IMG/VR virus record: IMGVR_UViG_3300022181_000117
Coordinates: 1 to 57,753 of that record
Strand: one strand, 5' to 3'
DNA length: 57,753 nt
DNA from: a virus
Lineage: Duplodnaviria > Caudoviricetes
A program made the position numbers and the translations under genes. Under the pieces are notes generated by a model. It saw only the letters and a program-made list of their open reading frames with translations. It made no database searches and was not told the DNA's origin. This document shows, one piece after another, positions 19,401-26,119 of this stretch. Every line of letters begins with the position of its first letter. Position 1 is the stretch's first letter.

Positions 19401-21112
19401 AGGGCTTCCCCGGCCAGGCGGTCTCTCAGAAGCTCCGCTCCCGCCGGAGACTGCATGCGGTTGAAGTCCTTGAGGAACACGCCGGCCGATTCCGCAGCCG
19501 ACTTGGAGACGGGTTGGAGCGGCTCCCGGCGGATGGCTCCCCCCTGGAGAAGGTCGCTCGTCTCGCTTCCGGGCATGGCGACAGGACCGGCGCTTTCCGT
19601 GTGCGGGGCTCCGGCGAGGATGTTGCTGCTGTCCGGGACTCTTTGAGCCCGTTCCATCTGTTGCTCGTAGAGCTCCTGCACGGCCATGCCGTCCGAGAGT
19701 TGCTGTTGACGGCGGGAGATGGCGCCCTGGTCGATGTTTTCGGGCGGGAAATTACGGCCGTACTGGTCCCAATACTGCTGTTCGGCCTCAATTTCCTCCC
19801 GTGTGGTCGGAACCGGGCGCCGGTCGATGTCCGAATAGAGTTTCTGCAGCTGGGCCAGTTCGGCTTGCTGCTCGTCGGTGCGCTGCCCCTCGGGCACCCC
19901 GGAAAGCTCGTCGATTCGCTTTTGGAGCATCGAGGCGTCGCGCCCGCGCGCGAGCCGCGAATAAGCCCCGCCGATCCCGCCGAACACCCCGCCGCCCACC
20001 GCTCCGGCCATGCCCGCCTCGAACATCCGCGCGGCGTTCTCCCCCGTGAACGCCTCGAACGTGGGGTCCGCGATGGCGAGGTTGGCGATGGAGAGCAACT
20101 CCTGCCCGGCTTCCTGCGCGAATTCCTGCGGGGCCTGGACGGCGGCCTCCTTGATGATGGAGCCGAGAAGGGACGTGTCCGCCTTTTCGAGCGCCTTCCT
20201 GAAGAGGGCCGTCTTTTCCGGCCCCACGATTCTCGATATGGTCCGGTAACTGCCGCCCGCAAGTTCCAGGAAAGACGAAGCGAGGCCCGTGGCCGCCGCC
20301 GTCAGGGGAGCGTCCGCGCCGCGCTCCGTCAGGGCTTCGGCGTAATTGCCCCCCGCCTCCAGGGGAAAGGTTCCGGCCACAACGCCCGTCGCGCCCCCAA
20401 GGGAGCGCATGGCAAGTTTCGATGCCGCCCGTTCCGCGACCTCCCGGGAAATCCCCCTGGTGACCATTTCCCCGGCCATCTTCTCGATGGATTTCTTGAG
20501 CGCCGTTTTGCCCAGCAGCCCCGCCGCCGCGCCCACGACCGTTCCGCCCACCGGCTCCACCGCGCTCCCCGCCGCCGCTCCCAGCAAGGCCATGCCCACG
20601 CTTTCCGCGACGCTCGGGAGCAGCTCGCCGACTTTCCCCGCTCCGTACTTATAGGCGGAAACCGGGCCGGTGATGTCCCGGAAGCTCGGCACCGACGCCG
20701 GATTCAACTCGGCTTCCTCCACGTTTCGGCGGTATCCCTCGATGCCCCAATTCTTCAGGCGGTCGATGCCCATGGCCGAACCGGCAAGCCCCGCCATGCC
20801 GTAAAGGGACGACTGCATCTGATCGATGCCCCGGAGCACCCCCCTCGTCAATTCCCCGCGCTTCTCCATGTTTTCCCGCGCGATTCCGCGCCGCTGCGCC
20901 TGGTAGGCTTCTTCCAGCATCGGATCCGGGGATGCGCCGTAAGCCGCCGGGGATGAAGGTCTTTGAATGGCCCGGGAAACGGGCGCGGCGGTTTCCGTGC
21001 CCTCACCGGGAGCCTCCGGTTCCCGCGGCGAAAAGACGGGACCGGCATCCGGCGGCCGCGCCCCGGTGATCGCATCGTATCCCTTGAGGAAATCGTCATA
21101 CGAAATGCCCAA
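7427..21112 (-). CDS. Giant (4561 aa) polyvalent DarB-like internal virion/ejection protein
   Basis: A/G-rich ejection-type N-terminus; inorganic-pyrophosphatase-like domain (~19300-18840, ISIENP..HYGY..KDHVDAFIG); N6-adenine MTase (~17340-16500, VLEPSAGIG, NPPF); Strawberry-notch SF2 helicase (~15970-12950, GDGTGVGKG, DESH, QGFGRTHR); PBECR3-like nuclease (~12880-12470, RHILKQHG); zincin HELVGH (~12130); EVQSDW domain (~11060). TTG start with GGAGG RBS. Confidence 0.9.
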   Translation of the reverse strand: MGISYDDFLKGYDAITGARPPDAGPVFSPREPEAPGEGTETAAPVSRAIQRPSSPAAYGASPDPMLEEAYQAQRRGIARENMEKRGELTRGVLRGIDQMQSSLYGMAGLAGSAMGIDRLKNWGIEGYRRNVEEAELNPASVPSFRDITGPVSAYKYGAGKVGELLPSVAESVGMALLGAAAGSAVEPVGGTVVGAAAGLLGKTALKKSIEKMAGEMVTRGISREVAERAASKLAMRSLGGATGVVAGTFPLEAGGNYAEALTERGADAPLTAAATGLASSFLELAGGSYRTISRIVGPEKTALFRKALEKADTSLLGSIIKEAAVQAPQEFAQEAGQELLSIANLAIADPTFEAFTGENAARMFEAGMAGAVGGGVFGGIGGAYSRLARGRDASMLQKRIDELSGVPEGQRTDEQQAELAQLQKLYSDIDRRPVPTTREEIEAEQQYWDQYGRNFPPENIDQGAISRRQQQLSDGMAVQELYEQQMERAQRVPDSSNILAGAPHTESAGPVAMPGSETSDLLQGGAIRREPLQPVSKSAAESAGVFLKDFNRMQSPAGAELLRDRLAGEALQGIRRENYPMPPAVEPAAPALPPESAEAPLETIDRKAHEAATSPLNERPEPTEAQKEAGNYKKGRVNFQGLGISIENPQGSIRSGTDKEGKRWESTLQNHYGYILGTKGKDKDHVDAFIGPNPTSERAYVVDQIDPGTGKFDEHKVILGANSQAEAEQIYRQNYAPGWQGKGAVTGMGMKEFKRWVRNPKQTKKPVSYKEGQAYEGENQAGMGSALRGRQEAAGGPVPERGAGERAAPAGGVFQAPEGRREGEVAPQAPAMGKPEPARKMTKKERTALEKKLQKARAEHEQARRELARDLARKADLETRGEAAVSDYDKSMGHGLETNLWLNANHVAASQRRVESTAEAIRELEAALSQEESAQEQKPIQEERPEKPKGPRLSSDLEAALEEAAHSVDKIEAAPTTTREIAEEKAHVKDVIQREVAAGNIPLGSAVRATDVEELQYLLENKRLREGRSFEGRPGISATEITTRDKPVIPMYGDYEHVPVGIVAPRESIVGRGESANEVLLDPKTDVTKLRFTIDKHDAVYSFEELPGVLRDIEKQSRPEKQPHEMTREEFTEQAKTKLKKPFLPETHGFLVGTEKHFEQTASVAHRQHVETALKENKIIPPEVLNRYPDLAEKYGKQLKQAGEKVRKEPSEISLGDHVEEYLDALKNYPVIPQPGAKAEIVPTTKTETAPASSASRQLAAWVKDKIAAGKMFSAKDLFAKGNEAFGGSQAEGKYTPKDAYDAMEMGVNQYILDHFTGEALPADMDAAKDQIKALQRLINLLPTQSKRTAEMDEFQQFSTPPPLAYLAAWAANITGKDTVLEPSAGIGGLAVFAKASGARTYVNEFSERRAGILKQMGFDRVFTENAEQLDNILPDDVRPTIIIMNPPFSSTAGRITGQRKTSNAERHIEQALNRLQSGGRLVAIVGRGMAMDAPAFRKWWNKITGKYAVRADIGLSGKGYQKYGTSFDNRLIIIDKIEPKGYDIVKGSVEDVKEAPPILKGVRDARQQTETGELAQQSAPQPGRIESLGEGGREGGLLVSPRAPADVVGHPHGGTRPGQQVRGDRGGIQPGRSEGYHEDLGGKGQGRRERPSGTSGRQGQAPTPVRVEPSRPGLEPDGGLRETGPLEVRQAEEEAAKTALSDSVYDQYKSTVSISKAKPHPGTLVESAAMATVKPPPVAYRPSIPEKIIKEGKLSDAQLENVVRAGQAHNAMLESGERQGYFIGDGTGVGKGREIAGIILDNWNKGRKQGVWLSANSSLFKDARRDVEGIGDDPEKVFEFGKIKPGTPVKAEEGILFTTYATLKNVTKSKEEGMPPQKRIDQIVNWLGKDFDGVIVFDESHQMGNAIQVKGERGTKDPSKTALAGIELQDRLPKARVVYVSATGATEVLNLAYAKRLGLWGAGTAFPNVKAFVSQISSGGIAAMELVARDLKAMGKYLARSLSYHDVTYDRLEHSLSDEQRGIYDKLAEGWQVVLNNVNKALEVTGAFMNGDAKGAAMAAFWGSHQRFFNQIITSLQMPSVLKRMHQELDTGNSCVIQLVNTNEASLNRAIAKLGEEDTLEDLDLTPRDQLAQYIAHSFPVFQYEEYMDDNGNIRAQMVLDSNGNPVQNREAVEMRERLLDEIGSIKVPDGPMEMILNEFGAKNVAEITGRTQRVVVGEDGHRVKESRSKAKTEADASAFQAGKKRVLIFSSAGGTGLSYHADLTAKNQEKRIHFLVQPGWRADVAVQGFGRTHRTNQRQAPHYLLVTTDLKGQARFISSIARRLDQLGALTKGQRQAGSQGFFTARDNLESRYAQEALLRTIDKLFQDGHIGGVGIEEFERQTGLKLINETGNQTFSYPQMTQFLNRLLSLKYEAQNAVFDAFSDQLDTVIEREIEFGTLDQGLENIHADKIVLVKEETVHKDEKTGAETKYVEVDITNPAPRMTYAEGQRFAKTGIYRNVRSGKIWAAGPIRSTTNNKTGEVYNVATLKSPATKAQQVHEDELTDTKKWTKLEGDAAREAWEKHLAEAPKTVTERTHMITGAVLPIWDRLTGSTRIVRLQTSDGKRFLGRLINHQDLNEVLANLGASRSDVQYTPAKAIDLLGKGFTLRLANNWSLAERWVSGEKRIELTGPNYAHDKELDDAGIFRERIQYTTRYFVPTGEEGETVLARLTRNRPIVDETAPYRPGGRRAAFSISRDSELKWKLSDLFDYAMENPAGKVRKVEIRKADEEEADRIEKDAKIDVSGYAHIVDNYSIRHILKQHGNEAREALRGQAAITREDILHIPEIIQPPNKIRLGKSITKHGNRVIQYIKRVNGFVYYLEEVRTATGELVPKTMYKKTGKATASSAPSDAFSRSEEPLSQRPETLRGPTLNNIQQFQRILKPIVEKLPGGPRVEVVNSVDDLPAHVAEEAKDRGGIPEAAYDRETGAVYLVGENIPTPERLQEVLLHELVGHYGVEALLGDRLQPFLREVFMLYGKKGLQEVADLYGFDLSTRDGRMSAAREKIARMAEKGEKPGFLKRLYAAIREALRNIGFTIRLTEADIKALVARAGRAVESGGAFRPGSQGAFTPRYSQAAPMFYSQLQRTLLNKLPGSGQSETFRSMIDSWANKGEFKAEELQWSGLLEWLAERKGKIGKQEILDFLKQNEVQIEEATKYRGLRWHAMSDEELREAAAIVDSLGYEEFADLDSIEEASREELLERIRKAQILPDDLRLVARKMGIVQETRYDMYTQPGGENYRELLLTLPVSKDEKAVDSPNGIFRAALDTTRNYRSPHWTEPNVFAHVRFDDRTGPDGEKLLHIAEVQSDWAQEGRKKGFRKDFAKQELHAENSNGYWEVTTKDGDFVTNIFDPEVKTEEAAIKEARRRLAESPAQTATAHMIPGGPFVTSTGSWAMLAMKRMIRYAAENGYGGISWDPGTVQAERYDLSKQVDTVYAAQDSFLPGTYNISIEKDGVIIHSEETMSPDALSDFIGKDLSEKIIAQAEQPGKEVSFRGLDLKVGGEGMKGFYDRILPSEVNKYVKKWGARVGETNIPIAHGTRDVSMVHFLPVTDAMRESAMKGQPLFSLMTPEGQFKPAFSLKDAGRDEFLSTIKAASGRVEERTETGFLGRLFITAEHWKNKVGKAIFDAAQGREEDRHQIMNLVLKAPEVAEAMKVVMFKGKGWWTRQKGYDLYDQSDAPKAYQDIGHHIDYMDRMNWKWRVHKDENGNPVYQKDAYGKIIEPYRDKLVREGAPKDVIEAVDKIRDMLDEALELQSADIRKLLNHYEKARKPVPVIGTQRDAEGKPHQVTLKDLYNQMGWLKGSYSPRIREAGDWFITSARGGERYRFHQPSRRAAYKFIERLKREGHKNISDPQRIERLPESIYQDITIPDIQAAVDRAVRGADLDPEIAARLRKEVLESAADILKERGFRAHKIQRSEGDVVRGYITDPLTRNLMYAQQTAGGIAKSKAASQMFKALMGEYQTYEREGDEWVLRDDAGDVTNAIALTAKELESDRQTKSVHEGGIDPAKEPERYQTYADYIHEMLRNPDATDRAIAFGKSLVSFKYLGFSPRTVLANITAMATTVPPALHEYAMGGKGGLFKVGKELMSASRDFAGFMTGKKTLGNKDEQAFMERMRGSANLEQFTREAMANLAGAYGKSWQAVMDKAMWMFRKSEEWIRGSTMLAGYRLARARGLSHEEAADAAVNASNKAHGIYGKATMPMWSMGSNPAAKIGQMGYTYAKFAHNYLQTLYDLGANKRNVKAFTFALLSPAVLAGSSAMAATPILMEIGKAMMRAVGDDRDPEKMVYDVIRENLGGEAERVARHGLLGAAGVDLSGSLAVGMQTPRTLLDLTGAFGGIVEDIGRAGHYLATGQPGRAAERAAPGFLGNFLRAMRELNGATTSSGNRVWDERGKPYIPTGGETAGRILGFRSGRRATVEAREREARREQANFSDRRKNIYEEYRAYLADAEADPGKLRDILDKVERYNTFIREHDMRRVVPLISRDSMRDQVRKMLRPNKSRLAVIESYEEQGM
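12333..12361 (+). promoter_or_regulatory. Antisense sigma70 promoter inside the giant gene
   Basis: TTGAGA (12333-12338), 17 bp, TATATT (12356-12361) in an AT-rich patch within GC-rich coding DNA. Confidence 0.65.
12368..12469 (+). ncRNA. Candidate structured antisense small RNA (~100 nt)
   Basis: Closing stem GGCCACGG (12373-80) / CCGTGGCC (12448-55); inner stem GCGTTT (12382-87) / AAACGC (12422-27); GCTC-TTCG-GAGC tetraloop hairpin (12406-17); T7 tract (12463-69). Confidence 0.55.
16051..16419 (-). CDS. Nested (overprinted, +1 frame) 122-aa helical protein inside the giant gene
   Basis: AAAGGAG 7 nt before the ATG and its own promoter upstream. Globular amino-acid composition, whereas the host frame here is G/R/P low-complexity. 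Confidence 0.75.
   Translation of the reverse strand: MPANKQKLVNWLNRVPLNQAALKALEKAGEKVDYSFLHAHQLMLWAIRTGELDLDNRLEATVEAFSLGDPKDTMKILEGKDKEGGSALPGLLEDKDKPPLQFAWSLLDQVWSQMVASGRPDL
16481..16509 (-). promoter_or_regulatory. Internal near-consensus sigma70 promoter for the nested gene
   Basis: TTGACA (16509-16504), 17 bp, TATGAT (16486-16481), ~60 bp upstream of ATG 16419. Confidence 0.75.
18637..18789 (-). CDS. Nested (overprinted, +1 frame) 50-aa basic protein inside the giant gene
   Basis: Hand-translated MKVKTRQGWEVRSEDGKKRLGGPYPSEAQANERLRQVEYFKHRKGGGKAR*; RBS AAGGAAGG upstream; below the ORF-track cutoff. Confidence 0.65.
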   Translation of the reverse strand: MKVKTRQGWEVRSEDGKKRLGGPYPSEAQANERLRQVEYFKHRKGGGKAR

Positions 21113-21128
21113 TGTCAGCCTCCGCGAT

Positions 21129-21160
21129 AAAAAAATCCCGGCCGCCGATGACCGGGATTA
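21129..21160 (-). terminator. Intrinsic terminator immediately upstream of the giant gene
   Basis: Minus strand AATCCCGG-loop-CCGGGATT followed by a T-run. Confidence 0.65.
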
Positions 21161-21246
21161 AACTTTTCCCCTGAAATACCGATTATCTCATGTAGTCCGC
21201 GTGCAAACGTTCGCCCAACACCAACCCGTATAAAAGGAGAACCGAA

Positions 21247-21633
21247 ATGAAGAAATTGCTGTGCGCCCTCGTTGCCTTGACCTTCGTGCTTGGAGTCGCG
21301 CTTCCGTCGTCATTCGCTCAAAGCGACCGCGCAACCCTTGAAAAGAACAGGCTCAAGAGTGAAATCAAGCGCCTTGAGGAACAACGGTTCAATACCAGCA
21401 GTAGCCGTCCTGATTATAGACAACATATTGAATGGCTTGATCGATCCATCTCCAAGAAAAAGCAGCAATTGAGCGACCTGGAATCAAATCCGGAACAGTA
21501 TTTTTACAATCAGTCTGTTAATCAGCAAAATCAACGGAATGATCCAGGAGTTGCCGTTTCCGTTGGCGATGGCAATGTGGCAGTTGATTCCAATGGTAAC
21601 GTAATCCCCATTGTTGGCGGAAAACGCCGCTAG
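21247..21633 (+). CDS. Exported moron protein (signal peptide, coiled coil)
   Basis: Opposite strand to its neighbours, lower GC, AAAGGAG RBS, signal peptide MKKLLCALVALTFVLGVALPSSFA. Confidence 0.8.
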   Translation: MKKLLCALVALTFVLGVALPSSFAQSDRATLEKNRLKSEIKRLEEQRFNTSSSRPDYRQHIEWLDRSISKKKQQLSDLESNPEQYFYNQSVNQQNQRNDPGVAVSVGDGNVAVDSNGNVIPIVGGKRR

Positions 21634-21635
21634 TT

Positions 21636-23096
21636 TCATCGCACCATGTTTCGACGGATAGCGGCCATGCTGGATTCCCTTGGCGGCTCCCATGCCGTGT
21701 TGATTGTGTCCGGGCCGACGACGTTGGGATTGACTTCCGTGTAGGTCCGCGCCGCAAGGTTCATGGGATGCGTCCCGTAGGATGGCGCGACGGGGCTCCA
21801 TGCGCCCGTGTCGCCCCCGGCCATTGCCGCCCGGCTGGAATGATACCCGGCGGCTGCCGGGTTGACGTACCGCGCCGGGATGGGCAATTGCGCCTGCCGG
21901 GAAATGCCCCGCGGTTGCGCCGGCGACGGAGCGGGAGCCGATGCGGGAGCCTGCGCCGCCGTCATGGTCGTTTGTTGCGGGCCTTCGAGCAGCCTGCGGT
22001 GCGCCGCCAGTTGCTCCCCGGTCATGACGCCGACTGCGGGCCGCGCGACTCCCGCCTCCACATTGTAGTTTTCCGGGAGGCCGCGCCGCGTGATCGCCCC
22101 CGCGTTTCCCGGGGCCGACGTCACGTCCGTCATGCCAGGATACGACCTGGCGGGCTGGGATTCGGGCGCGGTCCCCGGCGCTCCGTACCATCCCGCGTTG
22201 GGAGCATAATTGGTCTGCGGTTGAAAAACGGGGCGCGGCACGGCGCCGTAGATTCCGCCTCCCATTCCGCCTCCCATTCCCATGGCGCCCGTTCCGGGCA
22301 GAAACCCGAGCCTTGCCCGAGCCTGTTGCCGCTGCTCCTCGATGGACATGGCCGGGGTCGATCCGCTTCCGATTCCGGCCTTGCTCGAAAACTGCCTGAG
22401 AGCATTGAGGGCGTCCGGGTTGCGCTGTGAAAGCTCCTGGATAAACTGCGCCTTGTCCTGGTCGCCGGAGAGCAGCAGGATGTTGTGCAGGGTCTCCACG
22501 GCGGCCGGGTCCTTATGGCTGAGCTTGGACAGCCAGCCGTAGGATTCGCCGCCGCCTCCGCCCCCCACCTGGCGGCCGTGCAGGAACGCCACCGTGGATT
22601 TGTTGCCTGCCTTGTCTTCCGTGGTGCCATAGTGATAAGCGGCCTGCGGCGTTGCGTGCGCCCACATGCCGGCTTCCGTCGCGTAGTTGCGGGCCGCGAT
22701 TTCCCGTTCCTGGAGCCCACCGGGACCGTACATTGCGCGGGATTCATAGTCCTTGATCGATCCCGGCCCGTATTGCATGAGGCTTCGCCAGTTCTCGGCC
22801 TCCTGCTGGTATCTCATGCGGTCGAGCGCCGCCCGGTTCTGTCCTTCCGCCGTGCCGTGAACCGCAAGACTCAGGTCGCGGTTCTGCTCGAAGGTGCCCT
22901 TCATTTCCCGGTCGAGCGCGGCCTTGTCCTGGAAAGTCCCCTGGAGTTCCCTGGCCGCCGCCTGCTTGTCGGCGAACGTTCCCTCGAATTGGGCCTTCTT
23001 CGCGCTTTCACGATCTGCTTCCGCTTGTGCCCTGCGGTTGATCGCACCTTCGGAGAAAAACTCTCTGTTGGCTTGCATCAAAGCATTACGGTCCAT
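21636..23096 (-). CDS. Putative DNA ejection/pilot protein
   Basis: A/G/Q-rich low complexity; lies directly upstream of the giant internal virion gene. Confidence 0.6.
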   Translation of the reverse strand: MDRNALMQANREFFSEGAINRRAQAEADRESAKKAQFEGTFADKQAAARELQGTFQDKAALDREMKGTFEQNRDLSLAVHGTAEGQNRAALDRMRYQQEAENWRSLMQYGPGSIKDYESRAMYGPGGLQEREIAARNYATEAGMWAHATPQAAYHYGTTEDKAGNKSTVAFLHGRQVGGGGGGESYGWLSKLSHKDPAAVETLHNILLLSGDQDKAQFIQELSQRNPDALNALRQFSSKAGIGSGSTPAMSIEEQRQQARARLGFLPGTGAMGMGGGMGGGIYGAVPRPVFQPQTNYAPNAGWYGAPGTAPESQPARSYPGMTDVTSAPGNAGAITRRGLPENYNVEAGVARPAVGVMTGEQLAAHRRLLEGPQQTTMTAAQAPASAPAPSPAQPRGISRQAQLPIPARYVNPAAAGYHSSRAAMAGGDTGAWSPVAPSYGTHPMNLAARTYTEVNPNVVGPDTINTAWEPPRESSMAAIRRNMVR

Positions 23097-23108
23097 TGAT
23101 TCTTCTCC

Positions 23109-24401
23109 TTAGGATCTCTTCTCACTGTAATTATAGATGTATTCGGTGGCAAAGGTCGGATCGCTCTTGGTCTGGTCGTAGTTCTCGCTGGTGGAGTATC
23201 CGCCGGAGGCGCTGGCGTGGATGGCGCTCAGGGCGGAGGCGACCAGCTGGGCGCAGATGCTCGCGCCGTCCTTTGCGGCCTCGATCATGAGGTTGCGGTT
23301 GGCGATGAACGCCTGGAGCACGGCCCGGGACGATTCGAGCATGAGCTGGGTCTGGTTCTTGGCCTGCTCCACGCGGGCCTGGAACGCCTTCACCTCGGCG
23401 TCGAGCTGCGCGGACCCCGCCTTGATGTCGGTCCCGTAGCCTTCCACCCGGGCGGCGTAGGCTTTCACGATCACTTCGACCCTGGACACGGCAAGCTGCA
23501 GGTCCGCCTTGTACTTCTCGATCCGCGCGAGGTAGATATCCAGGCTCTGTTTGTTGACGGCGATCTGCACGTCCGCCTGCGCCTTGATTCCCTCCATGGC
23601 CGCCGCGTATCCCTGCACTTCGGTCTTGTAGGCGTCGAGGCCCGTCTGCACTATGGCCTTGGCTTCATCGAGCGCCCGGTTGTTCACGGCGTCCGCGTGC
23701 CCGACCATCGCCCCCTCGAGAGCGACCATCTGGGCGAGCACGCTCTTCCAGCCCTCGACCTCCATCTGCGCCTGCTGGATCATGATCTTTTCATTGATGT
23801 CCGAGTTGCGGCGCTCGATTTCGATGCGCGCATCCTCGAGGCGGGCCGCGAGCATCATCGGGGGCAGGGTGAAGCCCCGGGCCGCCCAAAAATTCAGGGC
23901 CTCCTCGTAGAGTTTGGCGTCCCCGATTTCGTTTCGCCGTTTCGCCTGGTTGAAAACGGCGTCGGCGACTTCCTCCGGAATGCCCAGGGCCCCCGATTTG
24001 GACAGTTCGAGCAGCCGCGCCTTGAGCCGGTCCAGCACTTCCGACGTGTAGGCTTCTTCGTAGAAGCTCCAGGCGGGAATGTCCGGCGTCGGCAACTCCG
24101 GAAAGGCGGGAAGCTCGATTTCGCGAAGCGACGGCAGTTCCGGGACCGCCACGTCGTCGATGCGGATATCGTCCTCATCGGGAGGCGCGGGCCGCAAATC
24201 GAACGGGATCAGGCCGATGTCGGGCTCCGGCCAGTCGTATTCGATCCAGGACATGTCCAGTTCCTGCATTTCGCCCGTGGCCGCGTTGGAGAGCTTCCAC
24301 AGGTAGCCGTTGATGTCGGTCAGCTGCTTGAACACGTCGTCGGCGTACCTGCGGCACTGCTCGAACTGCGAAACGATGAGATCATAGGTGGGTCCGCCCA
24401 T
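23109..24401 (-). CDS. Putative internal virion protein (coiled coil)
   Basis: WAARGFTLPP motif and an A/Q-rich helical region; position in the structural operon. Confidence 0.6.
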   Translation of the reverse strand: MGGPTYDLIVSQFEQCRRYADDVFKQLTDINGYLWKLSNAATGEMQELDMSWIEYDWPEPDIGLIPFDLRPAPPDEDDIRIDDVAVPELPSLREIELPAFPELPTPDIPAWSFYEEAYTSEVLDRLKARLLELSKSGALGIPEEVADAVFNQAKRRNEIGDAKLYEEALNFWAARGFTLPPMMLAARLEDARIEIERRNSDINEKIMIQQAQMEVEGWKSVLAQMVALEGAMVGHADAVNNRALDEAKAIVQTGLDAYKTEVQGYAAAMEGIKAQADVQIAVNKQSLDIYLARIEKYKADLQLAVSRVEVIVKAYAARVEGYGTDIKAGSAQLDAEVKAFQARVEQAKNQTQLMLESSRAVLQAFIANRNLMIEAAKDGASICAQLVASALSAIHASASGGYSTSENYDQTKSDPTFATEYIYNYSEKRS

Positions 24402-24402
24402 T

Positions 24403-26037
24403 TTATTCGGCCTCCTCGGTTTCCTCGATGTCTGCGTTGAACGTCACGGCGTAGGCGACGTTTCGGGGCACCCACGGCGTTTCGGGGAACACCCGCGCGA
24501 ATTCGTCCTCGAACTGTTGCGTGAGGTCGAACACCCCGCGCCCCGGGACGATCGCGAGCAGCTTCCAGCTTCCGTCCCGGAAGCGGATCACGTTGACGGC
24601 CGCCTTCTCCTCGCCCTTGCCCACAAGACAACTCGACGTCATGACGATGTAGGGCTTCTGGAAAAAATCCAGGTCTTCATAGGCGCGGTTTATCCCCTCG
24701 TAAGTGAGTACGGTGAGCTCATGGCGGGTGTCCTGGTTGATCACGGCGTGGAATTTTATTGTTCCGGTCAGCCCGAGGTAATAATAGGGCTCGCCGTCAA
24801 CCACGGTTTCAAGCCAGGTGAGTGCCCTTTCATGCCTCACCACATTGGCCGGCGCACACGGAAAACGCGACGAGAGTTGCGATAATTGGAATGTGCCGGT
24901 GTACACCCCGTTTATGTTGAGCGCCTCGCCGATCTTTCGGTCCTTGAATCCCACGCTGTCGAAATCGAGGTATCGGGCCAACTCGTGATGGCTGAATTCG
25001 TCGGTCTCGAAGTTGTGGAAGAAATAGATTCTCGGGTCGGGCAGTTCCGGATCGTACATGTAGGGCAGGGGAGCGGGATACGGCTCGTGGTAATCGGCGT
25101 CCGCCGGTTGCACCTGGTAGAGCTGGTAATAGGTCGTGCCGCTGATCGCCGGCGTGTAGAGGCGGTATTTGACGGCGCCCACATACTCGTCGGTGGGATA
25201 GAGACCGTCCTGAAACCATGTCACGTAGACGATGTAAAGGCAGGGCACCCCGTTGGGGTCGGTCCCCAATTCGAACCGGTGTATTCTCCCAAGCCATCCG
25301 TCGTCCGAGCCGCTCCACGAATGGTCCCGAGGCTCTTCCTCCCACATCCGGTGGAGTATCCAGGTATTTCCTCCGATGGGGCACGGGCCGTATTGCTCGT
25401 CTTTGATGTGCGTTCTCATGTATTGCCAGCGGAAATAACATTGCTGGTTTCCCTGGGGATGAAACTGGCCGTATTGCGACCATCCGATGAGGAGCAGCCG
25501 CAGGTCCTCGTTGACGCACGAGGTGAAATGCCGGGAACAGGCGGTATGGTGCCCGACGAGCTCGTAAGGGCCTTCCAGGGTCTTGAGATAGTGCGGAACC
25601 TCGATGTGCTTGAACTTGTCCGTGATTTCAAGGCACGGCGCGTCCCCGTCGAACTGGAACGTCACGAGGTATGCATGGCCGGGATAATTGCTCGTGGGCG
25701 ACCACGGGCTTGTCCCGTTGTCCCATTCCAGGTCGCCGTCGTTTCGGAACGGCGCGGTGTTGATCTGGAACCATCCCCTGATGACCGGGAAATCCTTCTT
25801 TTCCGGTTCGGGAGGGGCTCCGGTCGGAACGTAAATGGTCACGACCTCCGATCCGAACCGGCTGTCGAGGACCAGTTGCGTGCCGTCCGGGAGGAAAACC
25901 TTTCGCGCCAGCTGCGAAAGCGGGAGCGGCCCGAGTTGCATCATCGCCCGGTGGATTTGAAGCTGCTGCGCGGCCAAGGCGATGTAATGGGCCCGCATCT
26001 CCAGGGGGCCTTTGTACCGAAACGAAGGTGGAATCAT
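24403..26037 (-). CDS. Phage tail/structural hypothetical protein
   Basis: Aromatic, beta-rich. Start chosen at MIPPSF; an upstream GTG near 26118 is an alternative. Confidence 0.55.
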   Translation of the reverse strand: MIPPSFRYKGPLEMRAHYIALAAQQLQIHRAMMQLGPLPLSQLARKVFLPDGTQLVLDSRFGSEVVTIYVPTGAPPEPEKKDFPVIRGWFQINTAPFRNDGDLEWDNGTSPWSPTSNYPGHAYLVTFQFDGDAPCLEITDKFKHIEVPHYLKTLEGPYELVGHHTACSRHFTSCVNEDLRLLLIGWSQYGQFHPQGNQQCYFRWQYMRTHIKDEQYGPCPIGGNTWILHRMWEEEPRDHSWSGSDDGWLGRIHRFELGTDPNGVPCLYIVYVTWFQDGLYPTDEYVGAVKYRLYTPAISGTTYYQLYQVQPADADYHEPYPAPLPYMYDPELPDPRIYFFHNFETDEFSHHELARYLDFDSVGFKDRKIGEALNINGVYTGTFQLSQLSSRFPCAPANVVRHERALTWLETVVDGEPYYYLGLTGTIKFHAVINQDTRHELTVLTYEGINRAYEDLDFFQKPYIVMTSSCLVGKGEEKAAVNVIRFRDGSWKLLAIVPGRGVFDLTQQFEDEFARVFPETPWVPRNVAYAVTFNADIEETEEAE

Positions 26038-26119
26038 CGCATTCGCTCTCCCCATGCCGCCGCCGGCGCACAACATGACGGCGGCCGCAAGACAAATCAG
26101 GCGGACAACGGAGCTCACG

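Noticed and set aside
7370-20956. Long + strand ORFs (694, 594 and 841 aa, etc.) opposite the giant gene
   Set aside because: Antisense shadows of GC-biased coding DNA; no RBS and no recognisable domains.
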